Positions 1-7,507 of a stretch of DNA of 42,349 bases are shown here, in pieces. The notes beneath the pieces were generated by a model. It made no database searches and had not been told where the DNA came from. It saw only the letters and a list, made by a program, of their open reading frames with translations. This DNA is from a virus, in IMG/VR virus record IMGVR_UViG_3300029248_000015; one strand, given 5' to 3'. The translations under genes and the position numbers were made by a program. The number at the start of each line of letters is the position of its first letter. The stretch's first letter is position 1.

Positions 1-288
1 GGTTCCAGCGGACGTTACAGTACGGCGGGTTCCAGCGGACGTTACAGTACGGCGGCAGCCACTGGGGCTTATTGCAGCGCAAAAGCAGACGGAAAAGATA
101 GCATTGCCGTTGTAAACGGTGCTTGCGGTAAGGCGTGCGGCGCACTGGGCTGCTATCTGGTGCTGACCGAGTACGATAATGACGGCCACATGATCTGTGC
201 CAAAATGGCCCGCGTGGATGGTTCTGCCATCAGAGAAAACGTTTACTATACCCTCAAAAATGGCGAGTTTGTGGAGGCTGAACCGTGA
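1..288 (+). CDS. C-terminal part of nonapeptide-repeat protein (5' part is 41665..42349; gene spans the window junction)
   Basis: Frame 1 is open from nt 1: GSSGRYSTA x2, then AATGAYCSAKADGKDSIAVVNGACG...NGEFVEAEP. Stop TGA at 286-288. Same 27-nt repeat unit and same phase as the ORF running off the 3' end. Confidence 0.75.
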   Translation, partial: GSSGRYSTAGSSGRYSTAAATGAYCSAKADGKDSIAVVNGACGKACGALGCYLVLTEYDNDGHMICAKMARVDGSAIRENVYYTLKNGEFVEAEP

Positions 289-449
289 AGAAGCACTACA
301 ACAAGCGCTGGCTCGAACAGCGCTGGGATGCAAGGCAGCCGGAACGGTTGGAGCACATCCAGATGAAGCGGCAGCTGAGAGAAAAAAAGGAGGAGTGCGG
401 TAGTGAAGCCGAACATGGGAATTGCAGAGTGCGTCCAGATCATGCGTGA
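285..449 (+). CDS. Possible small basic coiled-coil ORF (54 aa), uncertain
   Basis: GTG at 285 overlaps the preceding stop (GTGA). Translation VKKHYNKRWLEQRWDARQPERLEHIQMKRQLREKKEECG.... It overlaps the next gene by 47 nt, has no clear RBS, and is below the ORF-track size cutoff. Confidence 0.25.
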   Translation: MKKHYNKRWLEQRWDARQPERLEHIQMKRQLREKKEECGSEAEHGNCRVRPDHA

Positions 450-639
450 TAACAACATTTCGGTGAGCGAGCCGATCTTTACCGGTATGATTCAGGCCGG
501 CAGCTTCCCGGCATGGGCGGTGCCGTCTATTGACACCAAGAGCGCCGCCCCGCTGATTTCCCGCGCCGGATTTATGGCGTGGGTGAAGGATTTTTACAAG
601 CTTGAGAAGGTTTATACAAAGGAGGAACCGAGAGAATGA
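403..639 (+). CDS. Small protein, possibly excisionase/HTH_17-like DNA-binding
   Basis: GTG start 8 nt after AAGGAGG. 78 aa. The pattern ...ISVSEPIFTGMIQAGSFPAWAVP...LISRAGFMAWV resembles Xis/MerR-type winged-helix proteins (recollection only). Confidence 0.5.
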   Translation: MKPNMGIAECVQIMRDNNISVSEPIFTGMIQAGSFPAWAVPSIDTKSAAPLISRAGFMAWVKDFYKLEKVYTKEEPRE

Positions 640-920
640 AACTCAAATCTACTACTTACTACTGGATGGCCGTCATTTTTGGCGGCGTTGGAATGGGCAC
701 AGCTATGGGCGCAGAGGGCACCGCGCAGACCACCGGATACATCTCCGGCACGCTGTTTGCGGTGTCGCTGGTGCTGATTTTGGCAGCTGTTCTGCTGGCC
801 CGGCTGGGCTTTGCCGCAGAGGACAGGGAGAGAGCCGCAAAGCGGCGCAAGTACGGCAAGATCGACCGCACCCACGCCCGCAACCCGGAGTACCCGGAGA
901 ATCAGGAGCGTGGGGCATGA
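636..920 (+). CDS. Small membrane protein (2 predicted TM helices)
   Basis: ATGA overlap with the upstream stop. Hydrophobic segments YYWMAVIFGGVGMGTAMG and ISGTLFAVSLVLILAAVLLARLGF, followed by a basic tail. Confidence 0.6.
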   Translation: MKLKSTTYYWMAVIFGGVGMGTAMGAEGTAQTTGYISGTLFAVSLVLILAAVLLARLGFAAEDRERAAKRRKYGKIDRTHARNPEYPENQERGA

Positions 921-1126
921 TGACAGCCAAAGAGTACGTTGAGGACAAAGTCAAATCCTACACGCGGCTTGCTGAACGCTGCAGGCGAGAAGCCGAAACC
1001 TCAGATGACATTGTTGTCCGGGCCGGATACTCCGCACGGGCAAACGTCTGGGAGATGTGCGCCGAAGAAATGGACAACGTTCGGGAGATGCTGCAAGAGG
1101 AGTCCGGGGAGATCACGTATGCCTGA
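917..1126 (+). CDS. Hypothetical protein (69 aa)
   Basis: ATGA overlap with the upstream stop. MMTAKEYVEDKVKSYTRLAERCRREAE.... The upstream part of track ORF 602..1126 overlaps better-supported genes. Confidence 0.55.
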   Translation: MMTAKEYVEDKVKSYTRLAERCRREAETSDDIVVRAGYSARANVWEMCAEEMDNVREMLQEESGEITYA

Positions 1127-1268
1127 CAATGTCCACCATGTCATGTGGTACACCGTGTACGCCGCAAAAAAGAAGAACCTGCCCGTGCGCCAACACGGAC
1201 AAGTCCAAAGAGTGATGAGTTTCGCCGCCCATCACCACAAAAATAACATAAAACAGGAGGTTTTACAA

Positions 1269-1442
1269 GTGGCACTTTTGAGAATTTACGATGTGGAGCA
1301 AGAGCAGCCAGCGCTTGTTTCGCAACAGCAATTTCCGTTTGCTTCGGATGCAATTGAGGTTGCCGATGAACTGGCAAAGAGAAAGCCCGAACGGCTGTAC
1401 AGGGTGTTTGACGCCGATATGAACGTTGTGTATGCGAGGTGA
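1269..1442 (+). CDS. Hypothetical protein (57 aa; start uncertain, in-frame ATG also at 1119)
   Basis: GTG at 1269 lies 8 nt after AGGAGG. VALLRIYDVEQEQPALVSQQQFPFASDAIEVADELAKRKPERLYRVFDADMNVVYAR. Confidence 0.45.
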   Translation: MALLRIYDVEQEQPALVSQQQFPFASDAIEVADELAKRKPERLYRVFDADMNVVYAR

Positions 1443-1448
1443 ATATTT

Positions 1449-2378
1449 ATGCAAGAAGAATTGACTGTCCGGGTGGAGCACCCGGAACTGCCAGCGATCC
1501 GGTGGAACGAATCCGAGGTGCAGCAGAATCTGACCGAGATGCTGGCCACCTACACTGGCCGCGTCTACACCCCGGACACCATCAAGGATGCCAAGGCCGA
1601 CCGCGCCGCCGTGAACAAGCTGGACAAGCAGCTCAGTGACGCTGCCCGCAGTGCAAAGTCCTTTTACATGAAGCCTCTGGAGGAGTTTTTGCAGAGCACC
1701 AAGCAGATGCAGGCCCAGTGCAAGGCCGTCTCCGGGGCTATTGACCAGCAGGTGAAGGCGGTGGAAGAAGCCGAACGGCAGGACAAGCAGGATGCGCTGC
1801 GGGCCGTTTATACCGACTGCATCGGAGAACTGCGGGAGCTGATCCCCTTTGACCGCCTGCTTGTGCCCCAGTGGCTCAATAAAACCTATGACCTGGCAAA
1901 GGCCAGCCGGGAGCTGCGCAAGAGCGTGGAGACCCGGCGGGAAGAACTGCGGCTGATCCGGGAGACCTGCGGCGAGGATGCCGAAGCCTGCACCACGGAG
2001 TATCTGCGTGAGCTGAATCTGAACGTCGCCCTTGTGGAGCACAGCCGCCGCCAGAATGCCCGGGATGCACAGCGCCGCGCAGAGGCCGAACGGAAGGCCA
2101 CAGAGCGCGCGCAGGCCGCCGCCCCGGTCATTATCCCCCCGACCGATGAAGAACGCCAGATCGCCGCAGAAGCGGCTCAGACGGCGCAGGCCAATGCAGC
2201 CATCACGCCGGATGGCAGGTTGGATTTCAGCATGCTTCAGAAATTCGCAGAGCCTGCCCAGCCGGAAGCTCCTGCCCGCAAGCAGTATCGTTTCTGGGTG
2301 GAGTTCACCCGCGAGGATATCGCATGGTTCAAGCAGGGAGCCGCAGAGCGCGGTTTCCACTATGGCTCTATCAAATAA
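1449..2378 (+). CDS. DUF1351-like phage protein (RecT-associated)
   Basis: 309 aa, coiled-coil rich. Sits immediately upstream of recT, as is typical for DUF1351 genes in Firmicutes phages. Family assignment is from recollection. Confidence 0.7.
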   Translation: MQEELTVRVEHPELPAIRWNESEVQQNLTEMLATYTGRVYTPDTIKDAKADRAAVNKLDKQLSDAARSAKSFYMKPLEEFLQSTKQMQAQCKAVSGAIDQQVKAVEEAERQDKQDALRAVYTDCIGELRELIPFDRLLVPQWLNKTYDLAKASRELRKSVETRREELRLIRETCGEDAEACTTEYLRELNLNVALVEHSRRQNARDAQRRAEAERKATERAQAAAPVIIPPTDEERQIAAEAAQTAQANAAITPDGRLDFSMLQKFAEPAQPEAPARKQYRFWVEFTREDIAWFKQGAAERGFHYGSIK

Positions 2379-2396
2379 TTTTGGAGGTATTTACTT

Positions 2397-3248
2397 ATGG
2401 CACTCACTCGACCCGGCGCGGCTGCGCCCACTTTGTCCGTTCCCAACGCCCAGGCTGTGGCAAACCGTTCCTTGCAGAGCGCAAGCCGTGCAGGCAGCAC
2501 GGCCCTGCAGGCTGCGTCCCCGTCCGTGCCGGTGGAGATCACCGGTGCCGACGGTCAGCACTTCACCGTGAGCTTTGCAGATATCCGCAATTTCATTGAG
2601 CCGAAAGCCACCGACGCCGAATGCAAGATTTTTCTGGAGACCTGCAAGCAGTATCACCTGAACCCTTTCACGAAGGAAGCCTACCTCATCCACTACGATA
2701 ATAAAAACGAGAGTGCTGCTAGCACCATTGTGCTGGGCAAGAACTGCTATCTCCAGATGGCCGAGCGGCATCCGGCCTATGACGGTTTTGAAGCTGGCGT
2801 GATCGTGCTGACTGCTGACGGCCAGTTGCTCAACCGCGAGGGTTCCATTGTCTACGACGGAGACGGCGGCGAGACCCTTCTCGGCGGCTGGGCCAAGGTC
2901 TACCGCAAGGACCGCACCCGCGCCAGCTACGAGGAAGTCAAGCTCACCGAGTACGACACCGGCAAGTCTCTCTGGAACGGCAAGAAGGCTACCATGATCC
3001 GCAAGGTGGCGCTGGTGCACGCCCTGCGCGAGGCCTTCCCGTCTACCTTTGGTGCACTGTACGACGAAAGCGAGGTTTCCGTCCATGTGGATGCAGAAAG
3101 CACCGCCCGCGAAATCGACCCGGAAGACCTGCCCGTCCTGGACCCTTACGCAGGCACCAAGCGCCCCCGCAAGACGGCTGGCACCCTCCCCCCTGCGCCG
3201 GAGGAGCCTGCTGTTGAAGATGATCCGTTCCGGGGTGATGATGCATGA
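2397..3248 (+). CDS. recT: RecT-family single-strand annealing recombinase
   Basis: RBS GGAGG. Motifs ...CKIFLETCKQYHLNPFTKEAYLIHYD...GKNCYLQMAERHP...ATMIRKVALVHALREAFP are typical of phage RecT. Confidence 0.9.
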   Translation: MALTRPGAAAPTLSVPNAQAVANRSLQSASRAGSTALQAASPSVPVEITGADGQHFTVSFADIRNFIEPKATDAECKIFLETCKQYHLNPFTKEAYLIHYDNKNESAASTIVLGKNCYLQMAERHPAYDGFEAGVIVLTADGQLLNREGSIVYDGDGGETLLGGWAKVYRKDRTRASYEEVKLTEYDTGKSLWNGKKATMIRKVALVHALREAFPSTFGALYDESEVSVHVDAESTAREIDPEDLPVLDPYAGTKRPRKTAGTLPPAPEEPAVEDDPFRGDDA

Positions 3249-3775
3249 TCGTCCAGACCAAGAACGGCGTCATGCTGCACGGCGAGATCAGCAAAGACCC
3301 GGTGCTCCGGGATGCCGGGCAGAAGCGGGTGATGAAATTCGACCTGAAAGCCAGCCGCACACAGGATGAATCCGGCAAATGGCAGAGCTTCTTTGTGGGC
3401 GTGAACCTCTGGCACGGCATCGACCAGTGGGACGGCATGCTGCAGAAAGGCGATCAGGTCACAGTTTTTGCTCAAAAGCTGAAAGAGCGGGAGTATAACG
3501 GCAAGATCTATTACGACGTGGACGCGGATGATGTTCAGCCCGGTGGGCTGGTGACATTCCGTTGGCTGCAGCAGATGATCGACCTGATGGCGCAGCCCGG
3601 CCTGCCGCTGGAGCCTGCAAAGCCGGCAGCAGAACCGGAAGGCCTGCAGGGTGCGCAGATATACCCCGGCGAAAGCCTTGCAGACTACGCGCCGCACAGC
3701 ACTGACGCTCCGGAAGCGGCCCCTTCTGCTGAGTATGACCCCATCAACGATGATGCCGAAGACCTTCCGTTCTGA
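3245..3775 (+). CDS. ssb: Single-stranded DNA-binding protein
   Basis: ATGA overlap. OB-fold-like N-terminal half, a Pro/Ala/Glu-rich linker, and an acidic C-terminal tip DDAEDLPF matching the SSB D-D-D-I-P-F type tail. Confidence 0.85.
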   Translation: MIVQTKNGVMLHGEISKDPVLRDAGQKRVMKFDLKASRTQDESGKWQSFFVGVNLWHGIDQWDGMLQKGDQVTVFAQKLKEREYNGKIYYDVDADDVQPGGLVTFRWLQQMIDLMAQPGLPLEPAKPAAEPEGLQGAQIYPGESLADYAPHSTDAPEAAPSAEYDPINDDAEDLPF

Positions 3776-3828
3776 TCTCGCAAGCTGTGCTATCTGGCTA
3801 TACGGGCGTGCAAAGGAGGTGAAAGCAG

Positions 3829-4614
3829 TTGAAAGAGGAAGAGCAGAAAAGCATAGTCATTTACAAATCATGGAAAAAGCCGTTGCGGAAATTGTCTCTG
3901 GAGCAAAAAGGCAGGATTTTTGACGCGCTGCTTGATTTCCCCGATCCGCCGAATTTTGAGGACGACCAGAAGCTCGAAATGGCGTGGGATTTTATGTCCG
4001 AGGCGGTGGAATCAAATTCTAAAAAATGGAACGAAAAACGAGAAAAGAGAGCTGCCGCAGGGCGTAAAGGCGCAGAAGTTACAAACGGCAAGCGTCAGCA
4101 AAACGCGGCAAATCCGGCAAATGCCGACTTTGACGAGCAAAAACAGCAAAACGCGGCAAATCCGGCTGTAAATGTAAATGGTAATGTAAATGGTAATGGT
4201 AATGTAAATGGTAATGGTAATGGTATATCACCTAACGGTGGTGTATATAATAGCGCCGCACCCGCCGCCGTTGACGTAGAACTTTCCAAGATCGTCCAGC
4301 ATTATCAGCAGGCCGTTGGAGACTTCCCACGTTCTGCACTGGACAAGCTGCAGAAGTGGCGGCAGGAGTACAGCACAGAGATGATCCTGCTGGCGATTGA
4401 CAAGGCCACAGAAGCCGGGAAGCGCTCGTGGAGCTACATCAACGGCATATTGTCCGGCTGGAAACGGGACGGCCTGCGCACGCCGGGAGACGTGGAAGCC
4501 AATGAACAAAGCCGACAAGCCAGACCGAGGGGCAAGCAGCCAACCGAGACCGTAGACGACCAGCTTGCCCGGGTGCTGGCGAAGATGGACAGAGAAAGGG
4601 GTTTTGAGACATGA
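3829..4614 (+). CDS. Replisome organiser / replication initiation protein with C-terminal DnaD domain
   Basis: TTG start 6 nt after AAAGGAGGTG. The C-terminal ...MILLAIDKATEAGKRSWSYINGILSGWKRDGLRT is the DnaD-domain signature. A low-complexity NVNG linker carries DNA repeats. Confidence 0.85.
   Translation: MKEEEQKSIVIYKSWKKPLRKLSLEQKGRIFDALLDFPDPPNFEDDQKLEMAWDFMSEAVESNSKKWNEKREKRAAAGRKGAEVTNGKRQQNAANPANADFDEQKQQNAANPAVNVNGNVNGNGNVNGNGNGISPNGGVYNSAAPAAVDVELSKIVQHYQQAVGDFPRSALDKLQKWRQEYSTEMILLAIDKATEAGKRSWSYINGILSGWKRDGLRTPGDVEANEQSRQARPRGKQPTETVDDQLARVLAKMDRERGFET
4096..4166 (+). repeat. Two exact 23-bp direct repeats (CAGCAAAACGCGGCAAATCCGGC) 48 bp apart; candidate origin iterons
   Basis: Copies at 4096-4118 and 4144-4166, inside the inter-domain linker of the DnaD-type gene. 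Confidence 0.7.
4168..4225 (+). repeat. Tandem GTAAAT/GGTAAT hexamer array (AT-rich relative to surroundings)
   Basis: gtaaatgtaaatggtaatgtaaatggtaatggtaatgtaaatggtaatggtaatggt, encoding (VN/GN)n. Lies immediately after the 23-bp repeats. Confidence 0.8.
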
Positions 4615-5180
4615 CGCGGGAAGACGTGGCAAAGCTGATCCGCATGAATTTTGTACTGTACAAGCTGGGATCTAAGCCACTGACCGATGAGGAGATGCAG
4701 ACCACCATCGATGCGTGGACGTACCAGTTTGGCGACTATGACGGCGATACTGTTAAGCGGGCTTTTCTGGCGGCAAACCGGGTATGCGTTTATCCGGTCA
4801 CGGTGGCCGACATCTTCAAGCAGCTTTCCCAGTGCCTTGACCCGTCCGCTGAATGGGAAGCTCTGGCTGTAGCGGCACGCAAGGCACAGACATTTTTGAA
4901 CTGGCGCAAGTTCCCGATGATCATCGGCATTGACGAAAAGGGCGAGCTGCTGCGTAGTGACGGGCAGAAAGAACTACAAGCTCTGTATGACCAACTCCCC
5001 CCGGCGGCAAAATCCTATGCCGGGAGCGTGGGAGGGCTGGCAGAGCTGGCTGAAATGCCAGACCTTACATACCGCCGGGGGGAGTTTTTGAAGCAGGCGC
5101 AGGCCTATATCACCACTGCCCCGCGTGAAGCAGCAAGGCTGCGGGCGAGTGAGCCGACAAGGAAGGAGATTGAAAAATGA
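4611..5180 (+). CDS. Putative helicase loader (G39P-like N-terminal domain)
   Basis: ATGA overlap. IDAWTYQFGDYDGDTVKRAFLAANRVCVYPVTVADIFKQL resembles the SPP1 G39P loader motif (recollection). Position is right after the replisome organiser. Confidence 0.55.
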   Translation: MTREDVAKLIRMNFVLYKLGSKPLTDEEMQTTIDAWTYQFGDYDGDTVKRAFLAANRVCVYPVTVADIFKQLSQCLDPSAEWEALAVAARKAQTFLNWRKFPMIIGIDEKGELLRSDGQKELQALYDQLPPAAKSYAGSVGGLAELAEMPDLTYRRGEFLKQAQAYITTAPREAARLRASEPTRKEIEK

Positions 5181-5521
5181 GCGATAAAAGATTGATTGAC
5201 GCGAACGCTTTGCACAAGCGCATTGAAATGAACCTTCGTGCAAGCAATCCGTTCACTATTGAAGAATGCTGCTATAAGGATGCCCTGAACAGCGTGGACG
5301 AGGCTCCAACCATCGACCCGAAGACGCTGCGGCCTGTGGCACACTGGGAGGAAATTCCCGGCTCCTATGAGGCCTGTGCCGGGAAAAACGGCTCATGGTG
5401 TGTACCGGCAACCCGTTGCTCGAACCCGGAATGTGGAGAGGTGAACCCGTGTGGCCTCAAAACGCCATTTTGCCCGATGTGTGGATTCAGGATGGAGGAC
5501 GTGCCGTATGACGATGATTGA
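5177..5521 (+). CDS. Hypothetical protein with C-terminal Cys4 zinc-ribbon-like motif
   Basis: ATGA overlap. C-terminal ...CSNPECGEVNPCGLKTPFCPMCGF. Confidence 0.6.
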   Translation: MSDKRLIDANALHKRIEMNLRASNPFTIEECCYKDALNSVDEAPTIDPKTLRPVAHWEEIPGSYEACAGKNGSWCVPATRCSNPECGEVNPCGLKTPFCPMCGFRMEDVPYDDD

Positions 5522-5969
5522 CCGCGACGAGCTGCTCAAGCACGAAGTTATGATTATCACCAATGGTAACGCCGCTTTTCATGGCGTTCCGTCCTCACTT
5601 ATCGAGACGGCCCCGGTTATTGACCTCAAGAACCTGCAGCCCGTATGGAGAGACCCGGAAACCGACCCGCCGAAGGTCGAAGAAGAAGTGCTGATTATGT
5701 ATCAGACTGCATCTGGAAAATGCGGAATCACAACGGCCCACTACGAAGATGGAACGCTCTTGTCCCAAGATAGCATTTTTTACTGGGATGAACTTGCAGC
5801 ATGGGGCGAGCTGGATGAAGAACATGATGATTACATCATCCCCAAAGGGTGGTGGGAATATCGCCACTTCAATCAGGACGAAGTATACAACAACCGGGTA
5901 GATTATCCTGTGAGGGGCTGGATGCCGCTGCCGCCGGAGGTGCTGAAAAATGACAATGACTCCGTGTAA
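5508..5969 (+). CDS. DUF551-like phage protein
   Basis: ATG at 5508 after GGATGGAGGAC. The C-terminal ...VRGWMPLPPE is the DUF551-type W-x-P-L-P ending (recollection). Confidence 0.6.
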   Translation: MTMIDRDELLKHEVMIITNGNAAFHGVPSSLIETAPVIDLKNLQPVWRDPETDPPKVEEEVLIMYQTASGKCGITTAHYEDGTLLSQDSIFYWDELAAWGELDEEHDDYIIPKGWWEYRHFNQDEVYNNRVDYPVRGWMPLPPEVLKNDNDSV

Positions 5970-6168
5970 AGACTGCCCCACTCGGCACCCGGTATGCCAC
6001 GACAGTTGCCTTAAATACGCCGAGTTTAAGCTCCAGCATATCGCAGAGCTTGCTTACACAAAGCAGATGACCGACCGGGGCGTTGTATACAACTACGACC
6101 ACGAGGACCGTCACCGGGAACGGGGCCGTAAGAAATACATGGGAGCGAACGGAGGAGCGAACAGGTGA
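5950..6168 (+). CDS. Small Cys-rich protein (72 aa)
   Basis: RBS GGAGGTG. MTMTPCKDCPTRHPVCHDSCLKYAEFK.... Confidence 0.6.
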   Translation: MTMTPCKDCPTRHPVCHDSCLKYAEFKLQHIAELAYTKQMTDRGVVYNYDHEDRHRERGRKKYMGANGGANR

Positions 6169-6431
6169 AGCGGACTGCAAGTAAATGGGTTGACCCATCA
6201 AAGAGACTGCCTCGTAGCCTGAAGCCCGTCCTCTTTGTGGAAAAATCGCTCTTCCACGAGGAATCGGTGGTCGGATGCTATGACTCCACCTATAAATGCT
6301 GGACGATTTTAGAGCGTGGGTACAGCATCACAAGATCCATTCCAACCGAAAACGTGCGGTGTTGGATGCCGAAGCCCAAGCCGCCTAGAAAGAGGGAACC
6401 TGCAAAAGCGAACGGAGGTGCGGACAGATGA
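6165..6431 (+). CDS. DUF551-like small protein
   Basis: GTG after GGAGGAG. ...WVDPSKRLP...VRCWMPKPKPP. Confidence 0.55.
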   Translation: MKRTASKWVDPSKRLPRSLKPVLFVEKSLFHEESVVGCYDSTYKCWTILERGYSITRSIPTENVRCWMPKPKPPRKREPAKANGGADR

Positions 6432-7125
6432 AAGTACTTATCGCCTGTGAGGAATCGCAGGAAGTATGCAAGGCGTTTCGGGCAAAAGGACACGAAGCCT
6501 ACTCCTGCGACATTCAGGAGCCGTCCGGCGGGCATCCAGAGTGGCACATCCTCGGCGACGCCCTCAAGGCTGTTGAGGGGGGGGGCAAGTCGTGACGATG
6601 GACGGTGTAACGCATGACGTTGGCAAGTGGGACTTGCTCATTGCACACCCACCTTGCACATACCTGAGCAATGCAGCAACGCGCTCATTCAGCTTGCGTG
6701 TCACCCCGGCGGAAAAGGTTGTTGCCCGGTGGGCGGAGCGTGTAAAAGCTGCAATTTTCCTTATGCAGTTCATGTTGGCAGATGTCCCCAAAATTGCAGT
6801 CGAGAACCCTGTAGGCATCATGAACACGGCGTACAGAAAAGCCGACCAGATCATTCATCCGTATTACTTTGCCGAAAGCAAGGAAGACGTAGAAAACTAT
6901 CACACAAAGCGCACTTGTCTTTGGCTGAAAAACCTGCCGCCTCTGGAACGGAAAAACAACTTTCCACCGCCAGAGCCCGTGTACGTCTCAAATGGGGAAA
7001 GGCGCAAGAAAATCAGCTGGTGCGAAGGCATACGAAATACGCACAACGGCCAAGAGGGCCGGGCAAAAGCCAGAAGCAAAACCGCACCAGGAATTGCAAA
7101 AGCAATGGCAGAGCAGTGGGGGTGA
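6428..7125 (+). pseudogene. DNA (cytosine-5)-methyltransferase-like gene split by a frameshift at a G9 tract (6428..6595 in one frame, 6592..7125 in the -1 frame)
   Basis: N-terminal piece MKVLIACEESQEVCKAFRAKGHEAYSCDIQEPSGGHPEWHILGDALKAVEGGGKS*. Downstream piece carries WDLLIAHPPCTYLS (motif IV PC), AVENPVG (motif VI ENV) and a C-terminal ...APGIAKAMAEQW. One extra G or two fewer Gs fuses the two pieces in frame. Confidence 0.75.
6577..6585 (+). repeat. Homopolymeric G9 tract at the methyltransferase frame break
   Basis: tgttgaGGGGGGGGGcaagtcgtga, counted directly. Confidence 0.9.
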
Positions 7126-7129
7126 GCAG

Positions 7130-7507
7130 ATGAAGCTGACTCTCTACGGCGACCCACGAACCAAAAAAAACTCTGCCCGTATCTTTAAAAGCCGCTCAGG
7201 CGGGCGCTTTGTGGCCCCTAGCAAGGCCTACGTGGATTATGAGACGGACTGTCTGCGGCAAATCAAAAGGCCGCACAGCCCCATTTCTGCCCGCTTGAAC
7301 GTGAGGTGCGTGTACTACATGAAAACCGCCCGCCGGGTCGATCTAGCAAACCTCATCGAGGCTACCACAGACATCCTGGTAAAAGCCCGCGTGCTGGAGG
7401 ACGACAACAGCAAGATCGTCGCCGCCCACGACGGCAGCCGGGTGGAGCTTGACCGGAAAAACCCGAGGGCGGAAATCGAGATTGAAGAAATGGAGGACGA
7501 TACATGA
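7130..7507 (+). CDS. rusA: RusA-family Holliday junction resolvase
   Basis: MKLTLYGDPRTKKNS...VDLANLIEATTDILVKARVLEDDNSKIV matches the RusA pattern (D-x-D-N / DD). ATG at 7130 follows GGGGGTGAG. Confidence 0.8.
   Translation: MKLTLYGDPRTKKNSARIFKSRSGGRFVAPSKAYVDYETDCLRQIKRPHSPISARLNVRCVYYMKTARRVDLANLIEATTDILVKARVLEDDNSKIVAAHDGSRVELDRKNPRAEIEIEEMEDDT

Noticed and set aside
602-1126. 174-aa track ORF and the other overlapping frames in 600-1130 (612..875 -, 659..883 -, 703..954 -).
   Set aside because: The upstream two thirds overlap the better-supported coupled genes 403..639 and 636..920. Only the 917..1126 portion, which has an ATGA-coupled start, is retained.
1263-2360. 365-aa minus-strand ORF antisense to the DUF1351-like gene. 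The same applies to other long antisense ORFs: 11222..12562, 12739..13860, 17144..18583, 19039..19896, 22517..23383, 23182..24084, 26480..27199, 28568..29401, 31079..31918 and 32215..33051 on the minus strand, and 35510..36367 on the plus strand.
   Set aside because: Each lies fully inside a well-supported gene on the other strand that has an RBS, family motifs and operon context. Their translations are Arg/Leu/Gly/Pro/His-rich with no motifs and no Shine-Dalgarno sites. This is typical of open antisense frames in GC-rich coding DNA.
4168-4225. The hexamer microsatellite as an independent feature such as a CRISPR array or a contingency locus.
   Set aside because: The unit length is a multiple of three and lies inside a continuous ORF, so length changes would not shift the frame. 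It is better interpreted together with the adjacent 23-bp iterons as an origin element.
6627-7133. 168-aa + strand ORF overlapping the methyltransferase C-terminal piece in a third frame.
   Set aside because: It has no motifs and no RBS. The overlapping frame carries the canonical PPC and ENV methyltransferase motifs.
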